Assembly (NCBI GenBank): GCA_964653055.1
Contig: CAZZCA010000010.1
Location: 14,619-78,618, forward strand
Direction of reading: 5' to 3'
From: an uncultured Desulfobulbia bacterium
Lineage (GTDB): Bacteria > Desulfobacterota > Desulfobulbia > Desulfobulbales > SURF-16
DNA: 64,000 nt
Numbering within the stretch: the first letter of the stretch is position 1; each line of letters begins with the position of its first letter. The notes beneath the pieces are model-generated. The model made no database searches, was not told the DNA's origin, and worked only from the letters and a program-made list of their open reading frames with translations. Of the stretch, positions 9,223 through 18,071 are shown piece by piece. Made by a program: the position numbers and the translations under genes.

Positions 9223-10146
9223 TTATTTGATCACCGAAATGGTTCGGGAAACAAAATAAACCTGCAACAACAGCAACAGATGTGGAACTTGAGAGGTCTC
9301 AATTTTAGCTCTAATCTTAAACAAAAATAAAATGCTGGGAAGACAATACAGAAAGGCAACAAAACCCATTGGGGTATTATAATACGCAGACCCTGCAAAT
9401 AAAATAGGCAAAAAAGCTCCAAAGTAAACAGGAATCAAGAGACTGGGCAGTTCCTTAAAGGAAAAGCCATGGCTCAGCAACCCTGAAAAATTACTTTTTC
9501 CTCGCCATAATTCTTTCAAAAAAAACTCTCTGACAGTGGCGGCCTCCCCCAAATGAACTACTTGAATCTTGGCATCTGAGACAACCCTGCCATATTTTTT
9601 AATCCTATAGCACAGATCAACATCTTCACAGGTAATCAAGTCCTCATTAAAACCATCCACCTTCAAAAACTTCTCTCTACGCACAAACAAATTCATTGAC
9701 TCCAGCCATTCTACATCTTGAACAGCCTTTTCCTTTTTCCTCACAAGATACCAAGCCCTCTGAACCCATGTTGCGTTCTCCGGAATATTAGGGGGCGCAC
9801 CCCAGGCGACAATATCCATTTCTCCAAAATAAATTGATGCCTTAACAAGCATATCACTTGTTACCAGACAATCTGCATCAATAAACACCAGAATCTCTCC
9901 CTGGGCTCGAGCAGCTCCAATGTTCCTTAAACCAGAGACATTGGCTTCCTCGTCCTGCATCACAACTGCTCCTTTTCCCTCAGCAATTTCATAGGTTTTA
10001 TCAGTTGAGCCATTATCTATTACCAATACCTCAAGAAGGTGTGGAGGATAATCAAGCGTAGAAATTGATTCAAGGCAAGACGGCAGATAGTTCTCTTCAT
10101 TATAGGCTGGAATAATAATTGATATAAGGGGTAAATTATCTGCCAT
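9223..10146 (-). CDS. Glycosyltransferase family 2 with C-terminal membrane helices
   Basis: 307 aa. ISIIIPAYNEENYL, VIDNGSTDKT, and the DxD motif as VFIDADC. Hydrophobic C-terminal third. Confidence 0.85.
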   Translation of the reverse strand: MADNLPLISIIIPAYNEENYLPSCLESISTLDYPPHLLEVLVIDNGSTDKTYEIAEGKGAVVMQDEEANVSGLRNIGAARAQGEILVFIDADCLVTSDMLVKASIYFGEMDIVAWGAPPNIPENATWVQRAWYLVRKKEKAVQDVEWLESMNLFVRREKFLKVDGFNEDLITCEDVDLCYRIKKYGRVVSDAKIQVVHLGEAATVREFFLKELWRGKSNFSGLLSHGFSFKELPSLLIPVYFGAFLPILFAGSAYYNTPMGFVAFLYCLPSILFLFKIRAKIETSQVPHLLLLLQVYFVSRTISVIK

Positions 10147-11912
10147 TATGAAGCCACCTTGTAAACCATTAGATGAGGGCCAAAACGTTGCCCATTATTT
10201 TTCACTTCATAAAGTTTAACAAACTTCTTGTTTCTTGCCAGATTATCAATAAACTTGATTCTGCTAGACTTCACATCACCCCCTGTCCCGCGTTCATTAA
10301 AACCATCAAAAGAACCGGCATTCAATATTAAATATTGAACACCTTGATTTCTAATGTCCTCCAGTACAGGGTAAGATTCATCCCAATTAATGAACCTTAA
10401 ATCAAATCTTGGTCTATCAAGAGTTGCATAATACTTTTTCTTTAATTGCCAATATTTCGCCTTTCCTGGAGCGATATCATTTAACAAAATGACCATTTTA
10501 TGGATATTTTTACTACTATTTAACAATTGAACATCAAATTGACTTTGATGTTCAGGAGATCCTTCCATCATAATGGCGGATTCAGACTCAATATTTTTCT
10601 CAATCCAATTCTTAGTTAAAATCCTTGTATCAACATTGGATAGTCGACTCACAAAAGAGTAGGATGTCGCACCGGGATGCCAAATCATCATTATCATCAA
10701 ACATACCAGAATAAGTCTGGCCATATTCTTAGGAAGACACCTGTCTCTTAAGAAGAGGTACAACTGACTTGCACCGTATCCAGCAACAAGGAAAACAAGA
10801 GGCAACAAGGGCAGCAGATAACGCGAGAATACCAAATGCGATTGCGCCTGTGAGATAGCAAAATAATAAGGAATAAAAAACATTGCCAATAGCAAGGCAA
10901 TTTTTGATCTTGAAAAAAAAGCCCACCCCATTGAACAAAATGCCAAAACAAACATAGGGGTTCCGAGTTCAAACCTCAGTTGCTGAAAATAAAACAAGGC
11001 AGGTGACAGGCCAGCCACTCTATCTTGAGCGCTAATCCCTGGTAATTTGTCAACGAATGTTTTTGAAACAACAAAAAGGCCCTTGATGGTTTTACCCAGA
11101 TGACAGAAAGTATTAAGATACCCAGGCTCTACAGCAAGGGACACAACAATAAAAACTCCCAGCACAACCAATACCTTCTTCAAGACAACGGCCAGAGGGT
11201 TCCCTGCCTTAACACTGCCTATTATTACCGCAGCCAGCAAAGGAATTAAAATTACAATCCCCGGCAATTTAGTGGCAAATGCCAGTCCTCCCCAGAAACC
11301 AGCCCAAATGTAATTTCTGTTATTATCTTCTCTAGTAATCCTAAAGATATACAACCATGACAATAGCAGCAATAATACCAGAAGACCATCAACTGTCGCA
11401 TAATGGCTGGTCTCAACATGCAACCCTGAAAATGCCAGTAAAATTACTCCCAATAACCCACATTCCTTACCACCAATCCCTGAAGCGATTTTATAAAGAA
11501 CAATACAGGAAGCAATGCCTATACAGGCCGAAGCGGCTCTGGCGCCCAAGTAAAATGACCCTTCATGGGCCACGAAGAAACCGGCAAATTCCTCCGGACT
11601 GGCAACAACTCCCCCAACAAGCAAAAAGACAAAGACCATGGCCAATTCCAAAAAAATAATAAAATAAAGGCCACCTTTTCCAGTTCTGGTAAAATCAAAA
11701 TCACCTGCTGCCAACCGAAGCGCTCGATGCATTTCAAAAGGCTCATCCACATGTAAAAGTTCCGGCAAACCAAAACCTATGGCATAAAACCGTAACAATG
11801 CGGCTATCAACAAAACAAAAGGAACAGCCAGGCCCCAGGAATGGTTAGTAAATTTTATTTTTTTACGACCTGTCACTTCTCTATTCCATAAATTCCTGAT
11901 ACCACAATTCAA
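10146..11912 (-). CDS. GT-C fold, lipid-carrier-dependent glycosyltransferase (GT39/GT83, PMT/ArnT-like) with a C-terminal soluble domain
   Basis: 588 aa with more than 10 TM helices. First-loop motif LLHVDEPFEM resembles the PMT/ArnT DE loop. About 170 aa of non-membrane C-terminus. The track start is a TTG overlapping the upstream asnB-like gene by 32 nt; a GTG at 11876 (5 nt after that stop) is an alternative start. Confidence 0.7.
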   Translation of the reverse strand: MNCGIRNLWNREVTGRKKIKFTNHSWGLAVPFVLLIAALLRFYAIGFGLPELLHVDEPFEMHRALRLAAGDFDFTRTGKGGLYFIIFLELAMVFVFLLVGGVVASPEEFAGFFVAHEGSFYLGARAASACIGIASCIVLYKIASGIGGKECGLLGVILLAFSGLHVETSHYATVDGLLVLLLLLSWLYIFRITREDNNRNYIWAGFWGGLAFATKLPGIVILIPLLAAVIIGSVKAGNPLAVVLKKVLVVLGVFIVVSLAVEPGYLNTFCHLGKTIKGLFVVSKTFVDKLPGISAQDRVAGLSPALFYFQQLRFELGTPMFVLAFCSMGWAFFSRSKIALLLAMFFIPYYFAISQAQSHLVFSRYLLPLLPLVFLVAGYGASQLYLFLRDRCLPKNMARLILVCLMIMMIWHPGATSYSFVSRLSNVDTRILTKNWIEKNIESESAIMMEGSPEHQSQFDVQLLNSSKNIHKMVILLNDIAPGKAKYWQLKKKYYATLDRPRFDLRFINWDESYPVLEDIRNQGVQYLILNAGSFDGFNERGTGGDVKSSRIKFIDNLARNKKFVKLYEVKNNGQRFGPHLMVYKVAS

Positions 11913-13761
11913 ACATTAAAATACTCCAGAGAATTGTAGCATAATTTCTTTGCCCACTCTGATGCTCACCCCAGATTGAACGAAGTATTTTCATATTGAA
12001 AAAATGATTGACACCAGCACTTTTCCCAAAGAGAAAATCACCTGCCATCTTCCGCAACTCGCCCCTCAACCAATCTGCCAGGGGAACAGAAAACCCCATC
12101 TTTTTCCTATACAGAATTTCATCCGGCAGAATTCCCTGACAAGATCTCTTCAAGATATACTTCTTCTCACCATGACGAAATTTTAATTCTGCAGGAATAG
12201 ATGCCGCATACTCAATAACCTTATGATCAAGAACTGGTGCCCGAACCTCTAAAGAATTTGCCATACTCATTCGGTCCACCTTAACCAGAATATCTCCGGG
12301 GAGATAAGTCTTTAAATCAGTATAAAGAATTTTCGACAGATGACAGTCAGTATCAGCCTTCTGATAATAATGCTCCGTGACAGAGAAAGAGTCATAGTCC
12401 CCTATCTGCTTTTTGGTATCATCATTTAACAATAAACGCCATATCCGATCATCAAACTCACTATTAGTCAGGTAATAACCATAATCAGCTTCAAATCCCA
12501 ACGAATGTATCAGGGTATATCCCTTCCGAAACAATGATTTATTCCCTTTGGCCAACATACCCGCCAGAAAAGGGAAAAACTGCCTCCTGATTACTAACGG
12601 AATTCTCTTGCGAAGGTTATTTTCTATATCGTCTAAATGATATTTCTCGTACCCTGCAAAATTCTCGTCACCGCCATCTCCGGACAAGGCTACTACAACC
12701 TTTTGGCGTGCAAGTTTTGACACATAATATGTCGGCACTGATGAGGCATCGGCAAATGGTTCATCAAAATGATAAACTAGCTTCTTCAAAACTTGCTCAG
12801 CATTTTGATTTACAGACAATTCATGATGATCGGTGTGATATTTTTCTGCTACAAGACGGGCAAATTCCACTTCATCATATTTTTTACTGTCAAACCCAAT
12901 TGAACAAGTTGTTACAGGAGTATTGCTCTGCCTCGCCATTAAGGCCACCACAAGACTTGAATCTATCCCGCCACTGAGAAAAGCCCCAAGAGGAACATCA
13001 CTTACCCGCCGCATCCGAACACTATCTGCTAATAATCCTATCAGGTTCTCTGCAACAACAGACTCATGATCAGCTACTTGATTGGCAAACGAAACATCCC
13101 AATACTCACGGGTTGATATTCCTTCAGGGTTACAGAGCAGGTAGTGGCCAGGCATCAACTTATTAATACCACTATAAATCGTCTTTGGGTCAGGAACATA
13201 AAGATATTTGAAATAATCAGAAAACGCCTCAAAATTAATCTGCTTCTTGATATCCGCGTCTTGTAAGATACTCTTAATTTCAGAAGCAAAAAGAAATGTT
13301 TTCCCATCAAAAAAATAATAAAGGGGCTTCTTCCCGATTCGATCCCGAGCCAGGAAAAGAGTCTTTTTAGCTTCATCCCATATGGCAAAGGCAAACATTC
13401 CCCGCAAATGCTGCAAACAGCCTGTACCAAACTCCTGATAAAGACTTAAAAGAACTTCTGTATCGCAATCACTGAGAAATGTATACCCCCGGCCTTCAAG
13501 ATCTTTGCGCAATGCCGGGAAATTATAGATCTCACCATTATAAACAATCCATACTTTCCCATCCTTGCTAGACATCGGCTGATGCCCCAATTCCGACAAG
13601 TCAAGAATACTAAGTCGCCGATGACCCAATCCAATTGAACCATCCACATAAACACCAGCATCATCAGGCCCTCTGTGCTTAATTACATCGCACATTTTTT
13701 CAACAAGACCAGGAGAGACCGAACCACCATATAAATTATATTTGCCTGCGATCCCACACAT
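11881..13761 (-). CDS. Asparagine synthase (glutamine-hydrolysing) family amidotransferase, EPS-locus paralogue 1
   Basis: 626 aa. MCGIAG N-terminal nucleophile Cys. PP-loop FLSGGIDSS. Confidence 0.9.
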   Translation of the reverse strand: MCGIAGKYNLYGGSVSPGLVEKMCDVIKHRGPDDAGVYVDGSIGLGHRRLSILDLSELGHQPMSSKDGKVWIVYNGEIYNFPALRKDLEGRGYTFLSDCDTEVLLSLYQEFGTGCLQHLRGMFAFAIWDEAKKTLFLARDRIGKKPLYYFFDGKTFLFASEIKSILQDADIKKQINFEAFSDYFKYLYVPDPKTIYSGINKLMPGHYLLCNPEGISTREYWDVSFANQVADHESVVAENLIGLLADSVRMRRVSDVPLGAFLSGGIDSSLVVALMARQSNTPVTTCSIGFDSKKYDEVEFARLVAEKYHTDHHELSVNQNAEQVLKKLVYHFDEPFADASSVPTYYVSKLARQKVVVALSGDGGDENFAGYEKYHLDDIENNLRKRIPLVIRRQFFPFLAGMLAKGNKSLFRKGYTLIHSLGFEADYGYYLTNSEFDDRIWRLLLNDDTKKQIGDYDSFSVTEHYYQKADTDCHLSKILYTDLKTYLPGDILVKVDRMSMANSLEVRAPVLDHKVIEYAASIPAELKFRHGEKKYILKRSCQGILPDEILYRKKMGFSVPLADWLRGELRKMAGDFLFGKSAGVNHFFNMKILRSIWGEHQSGQRNYATILWSILMFELWYQEFME

Positions 13762-14213
13762 TATGATTCAAGCCTATTTTTAAATGTATAAGAACGGTTA
13801 ATTAAAAAATTCAAAATAAAAATCAAGGCTATAGCTACTAACTGGGCAACAAGATACCACAAACCTACAACCTGAAATAACAACCAGAATAAACCGATAT
13901 TAAGAAAAAAAGTAATCGCTGTTACCGTAATATAACGCAGGAAAAACACGCGGTGACTTCCTTTGACGCTAAACACCCAATAATGTTGCAACATATAATT
14001 CCCCAGGCATGCGCCAATAAAACCTATTGCCGAAGAAACGGTAGGTGGGCAATTTGTCAACTCCACCAAAAATGACAAAATAACAAGATGAACAACAGTA
14101 GCAATTACACCACTGACAAAATATCGACAAAATTGAGCTGATAAAAATCTTTGGCAGCCCAATATAGCAATCAACTCTTTATGCCAATACTCAGAAGAAA
14201 ACTCCACTTTCAT
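13761..14213 (-). CDS. GtrA-family membrane protein (lipid-linked sugar translocation/assistance)
   Basis: 150 aa with 4 TM helices. C-terminal FLINRSYTFKN is typical of GtrA-like proteins. ATGA-type overlaps with both neighbours. Confidence 0.75.
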   Translation of the reverse strand: MKVEFSSEYWHKELIAILGCQRFLSAQFCRYFVSGVIATVVHLVILSFLVELTNCPPTVSSAIGFIGACLGNYMLQHYWVFSVKGSHRVFFLRYITVTAITFFLNIGLFWLLFQVVGLWYLVAQLVAIALIFILNFLINRSYTFKNRLES

Positions 14214-15079
14214 TTATCCTTAAGCCCTATAAACACCTTACACCTAACAACTACTGGCTTCACCCTCACCTGATATTGAAGCTGGAACTCTGCTACAATT
14301 TTTTGATGTATTCTGAAAAAGAACTCATGCCATTCAGGGAACTCAATCCGTTTACCAGTCAATTCATAATTATTTTCCAACAACACATCGCCAGCTATTG
14401 TTTCAAATAAATTTATTTTGTATTCACTTAGTTCATTACGCCACTTAGTAATTATAGATGAATCTAATTTTTTTGAAGTATTAATATTAAACTTATTTGT
14501 ACGCTCAACATAACTATCATTCTCATAATATCGTAACATTGAATCCTCAAACTCTTCTCCAAGAAACTCACATACTCTCCTTAATTCTCTCTCTGGGTAT
14601 AAAACGAGATCTTCATAATATACCAAGCAACATGATTCATTATTTTTAGAATAAAATTGTTTTTGTTTCTCAATTTCCTCTTTCCATTTTTCTGCCGCAT
14701 AATGAATATTTGCTGTGCCAAATTTCGCCTTCAATTTAGAAAGCGCAACAGCCCGACCGTCTCTGATAATCAAAACATATTGAGCCATTGGGAAATTAAT
14801 CAACAAATCATCTAAATAATATTGTAAAGCTGGATCTTTTAATCCCCACCTTATCAGTGCATTATTTTTTATCGCATCATCTAACAAGTCATTTTTTATG
14901 GGTGTAATTTCACCTATTAAACAATTAATAACCTCATCATTATCATTATTTCTAGCCAATGAAGAAATGACCTTGGGGGATTCATTTTTCATGTAAATCT
15001 TAGAGTGAGAGGCTAACATTCTGCCAAGAAGAGTAGTTCCTGATCTCTGAGCACCTATTAAAAAAATTGGGTCTATCAT
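14210..15079 (-). CDS. PAPS-dependent sulfotransferase
   Basis: 289 aa. 5'-PSB loop IGAQRSGTTLLGRML. 3'-PB-like IIRDGRAVALS. Confidence 0.8.
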   Translation of the reverse strand: MIDPIFLIGAQRSGTTLLGRMLASHSKIYMKNESPKVISSLARNNDNDEVINCLIGEITPIKNDLLDDAIKNNALIRWGLKDPALQYYLDDLLINFPMAQYVLIIRDGRAVALSKLKAKFGTANIHYAAEKWKEEIEKQKQFYSKNNESCCLVYYEDLVLYPERELRRVCEFLGEEFEDSMLRYYENDSYVERTNKFNINTSKKLDSSIITKWRNELSEYKINLFETIAGDVLLENNYELTGKRIEFPEWHEFFFRIHQKIVAEFQLQYQVRVKPVVVRCKVFIGLKDK

Positions 15080-15108
15080 TTTCTTCTCACCTTGCCAATT
15101 GCAATCAT

Positions 15109-16173
15109 TTACAAGCTTATATACTTTCTAAGTGCAGCCCCAAGGTAATTAGCAACCCTTAAAGGCAAAAAGCTCCACATCCTTTCCACAACATGCCGAC
15201 AAGGAAATCCAAATAGCCCAGAATCTTCACCCTTCTCTAAACACTGGCTCAAGCTGTACCAATAAAGTTTTTCAGGGCGGGCACCCCATTGGGCTTTAAA
15301 TTTATAAGTACCTTCGCCTGGTGTTGATCTTCCAAAATCAAACCATTCGCAATTATTATCAGCAGCAAATTTAAGCAAACACCAATACAAAAGCATATTA
15401 GGTCCCATCCTATTATATTTTCGTAATGTTGAAGCCCACGGCACCGAAACCCGGGATCCAATTTTCAGGATAATTGCGGCACCTACCGGATCTGTTTCCT
15501 TATACACAACACCAAGACGAGCATTTTCTCCATAAGTCAACAAAATAGCCTTAAACCAGCTTTTTGAATGAACAGGCGAACCGAGATCGCGCATATTCTC
15601 ACTAAATACATCATAAAAGGAATTAACATCTGTCTCTTTTGACCACGCAAAGGAAATGCCGTTTTTCTCAGCCTTCCGAACCTGACTACGCAGTTTCGAC
15701 TTGAAGCCATTCCACAACTCTTCAGAGCCGTCAGGTAATTCCAGAATCATACTTACTTTATCATTCTTTACTTGCTGAAGAACAAACCCTGAAGAACTAA
15801 ATTGATCATTTAGTTCTTTACCTCGGAGGTCAATCTTTTTTGCCTTAATCTCACAAGAAAGTCTTATTACCTCCTGCAACATACCGTCCTCAACCTGACC
15901 ATTATCTGCCAACGGTGAACCTGAGTCACAATAAGGCAAAGACACTAATATCCCACGATCAAGCGGCCTTTTAATTAATACAAGCGGCAATACTCCTACT
16001 ACACAACCATCTTTATGGGCCATGACATAATAAGGATACATTCCATACGCTTCTTCCACTGACACAAGCCAAGCACTATAATGATAAGGGGTTGCCCGAG
16101 GATGATTGCTAACATAATTATCCCATTCCTCCCTACAATCTTTACCTTTGACGGATACAAAGATGTTTGACAT
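15109..16173 (-). CDS. FemAB-family protein, PEP-CTERM-system-associated type
   Basis: 354 aa. Size and position immediately downstream of the XrtA-type deacetylase match the canonical locus order. FemAB/GNAT-like C-terminal half (KFKAQWGARPEKLYWY). Confidence 0.65.
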   Translation of the reverse strand: MSNIFVSVKGKDCREEWDNYVSNHPRATPYHYSAWLVSVEEAYGMYPYYVMAHKDGCVVGVLPLVLIKRPLDRGILVSLPYCDSGSPLADNGQVEDGMLQEVIRLSCEIKAKKIDLRGKELNDQFSSSGFVLQQVKNDKVSMILELPDGSEELWNGFKSKLRSQVRKAEKNGISFAWSKETDVNSFYDVFSENMRDLGSPVHSKSWFKAILLTYGENARLGVVYKETDPVGAAIILKIGSRVSVPWASTLRKYNRMGPNMLLYWCLLKFAADNNCEWFDFGRSTPGEGTYKFKAQWGARPEKLYWYSLSQCLEKGEDSGLFGFPCRHVVERMWSFLPLRVANYLGAALRKYISL

Positions 16174-16224
16174 TAAGGACTTAACTCCTGGCGAGGATTA
16201 TTAAGAAAAATTGACATGAATAAC

Positions 16225-17055
16225 TTAATAAACATCAAGTTCATGGGGTACAGGTCTAAAGGTGAAATCTGCTAACAATCTTTTCAACCTGTCAAATGTT
16301 TTGTCAAGATTGTTATAATGCCTGAATTTCGAGAAAGATGAAATATTGGCAACACGAGGCTGACCTGGATCAATCTCCCACGGATGAAAATAAAAAACAA
16401 ATGGTTGGCAATCAATTTCATTAATCTTCCGCAAAGCCATCTTGGTGAACCAATAAGGGAATAAACGGAAATATCCACCACCAGCCACCGGAATCTTCCT
16501 ACCCCAATAAAGAACCGTAGAAAGAGGATACTCTACCAATTTGCAGTCAGGTAGACGATAGGTAAATCGTGGCGAATCAGGGATTCCGTAGGTATCGTGA
16601 TAGATCGGGAAAATACTTGAATCATAGCTGAATCCCAGCTCCTCTAAAATCCCCAAAGCCCATAATGATTTCTTAGTAATAGAGTAACTTGGCGCACGAT
16701 AGCCAGTTACAGGTCTACCTCCAATATCCTCAAGAACTTCTTTGCACCGCTTGGTATCTATGCGAAATTGATCAGGAGTAAGACTATAAATTTTTTTATG
16801 ATAATAGCTATGGCATCCGATCTGATGACCGGATTTAATTATCTTAATAATCAAATCCGGATATCTCTCAGCTATCCAGCCAACAACAAAAAAAGTCGCT
16901 TTAACATTAAACTCAGAAAAACAATCTAAAATAAGCTCAACATTTTGCACAACTCTTGATTCAAAGTTACTCCAATCCTCAACAGAGATAACATCCTCAA
17001 AAGCAGATACCTGAAAATATTCTTCAACATCAACTGTTAAATAATTATTAATCAC
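16225..17055 (-). CDS. XrtA/PEP-CTERM-system polysaccharide deacetylase (TIGR03006-type)
   Basis: 276 aa with a GTG start. LTVDVEEYFQVSAFE...ATFFVVGWIAERYPDLI...GHQIGCHSYYH matches the family signature as I recall it. Confidence 0.85.
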   Translation of the reverse strand: MINNYLTVDVEEYFQVSAFEDVISVEDWSNFESRVVQNVELILDCFSEFNVKATFFVVGWIAERYPDLIIKIIKSGHQIGCHSYYHKKIYSLTPDQFRIDTKRCKEVLEDIGGRPVTGYRAPSYSITKKSLWALGILEELGFSYDSSIFPIYHDTYGIPDSPRFTYRLPDCKLVEYPLSTVLYWGRKIPVAGGGYFRLFPYWFTKMALRKINEIDCQPFVFYFHPWEIDPGQPRVANISSFSKFRHYNNLDKTFDRLKRLLADFTFRPVPHELDVY

Positions 17056-17088
17056 TTATTGTTGCCGTTAATTATTAATAAATAATTA

Positions 17089-18051
17089 CTACTCGATGGT
17101 CTCATCGATTAAATACTGAGGCTCTTCCGGCATATGGGTAAAAATGATAATTTCCGCCACCAACCCAATGAAGAAAGTCTGCAATCCTACCAATAGAAAC
17201 AATATGCCACCTAAAAATAACGGCCTGCCCGCCAAGCTCACATCAAAATAAAGGCGTTGAATTACCGTCACCAGAGAAATTACCAGGCCAATGAAACCAA
17301 TTCCAAACCCAAGTAACCCGAAAAAGCGCAATGGCTTCTGTGTGAACTTAATAAGGAAGAAAATTGTCAATATGTCCAGTAAGCGCCTCAAGTATACCCC
17401 AGGGCCATAAACTCGAAGATGAATATTCTCCGACGCTTGCTTAAGTGCCAACTCCTTAACACGGAATCCTCTATTATGGGCCAGTAACGGGAAAAACCTA
17501 TGCATATCTCCGTATAGATATATCTTTTCCAGAACTCTACGCCGTAGCAATCTGACCCCACAGGATATATCTCTTAAAGAGATTCCTATTAATCTTGAAA
17601 CAAGGCCATGGAAAACTTTAGCCTGAACCCGATTAAGGATATTATCCTGTCGGGGGTAGCGACAACCTACAATTAAATCAACCTCGAAACTAAATTCAGT
17701 AAACATCTTCCCAATCTCTTCCGGTTCAACTTGAAAATATGCCGGCAGGGTAAGAATTATTTCACCTGAAGACTCAGCAAAGGCTACTGACAATGCTTTT
17801 GCCTCACCATGAGGTTTATTAAAGGATACCACCTTAACCACATCAGTGTTTGCAGCTTGAAGCTCCGCCAAATCTATGCGAGCAGCAGGGAAATCACCAT
17901 CAATAACAAAAATGAACTCATTGTGAAGGTTTAAAGATGCAAGCTCTTTCCTGAAACGCTGAAAGAGAGACTTTAAGTTGTCATGATAATCACTGATCGG
18001 CACTAAAATAGAAACATCAAAAGTCATCTCTCTTTGAATTCGATTTTCCAT
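17089..18051 (-). CDS. GT2-like, membrane-anchored paralogue of the upstream GtrB/ArnC-type enzyme with a degenerate DxD motif
   Basis: 320 aa. Aligns by eye to the 18072-18947 product (DNILNRV / DNILRCI, GDMHRFFP / SEMHRFIP). It has IILTLPAYFQVEPEEI where the partner has IIITMDGDLQNDPEDI. Two C-terminal TM helices. Confidence 0.65.
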   Translation of the reverse strand: MENRIQREMTFDVSILVPISDYHDNLKSLFQRFRKELASLNLHNEFIFVIDGDFPAARIDLAELQAANTDVVKVVSFNKPHGEAKALSVAFAESSGEIILTLPAYFQVEPEEIGKMFTEFSFEVDLIVGCRYPRQDNILNRVQAKVFHGLVSRLIGISLRDISCGVRLLRRRVLEKIYLYGDMHRFFPLLAHNRGFRVKELALKQASENIHLRVYGPGVYLRRLLDILTIFFLIKFTQKPLRFFGLLGFGIGFIGLVISLVTVIQRLYFDVSLAGRPLFLGGILFLLVGLQTFFIGLVAEIIIFTHMPEEPQYLIDETIE

Positions 18052-18071
18052 TATAACCTCATCAATAATAA

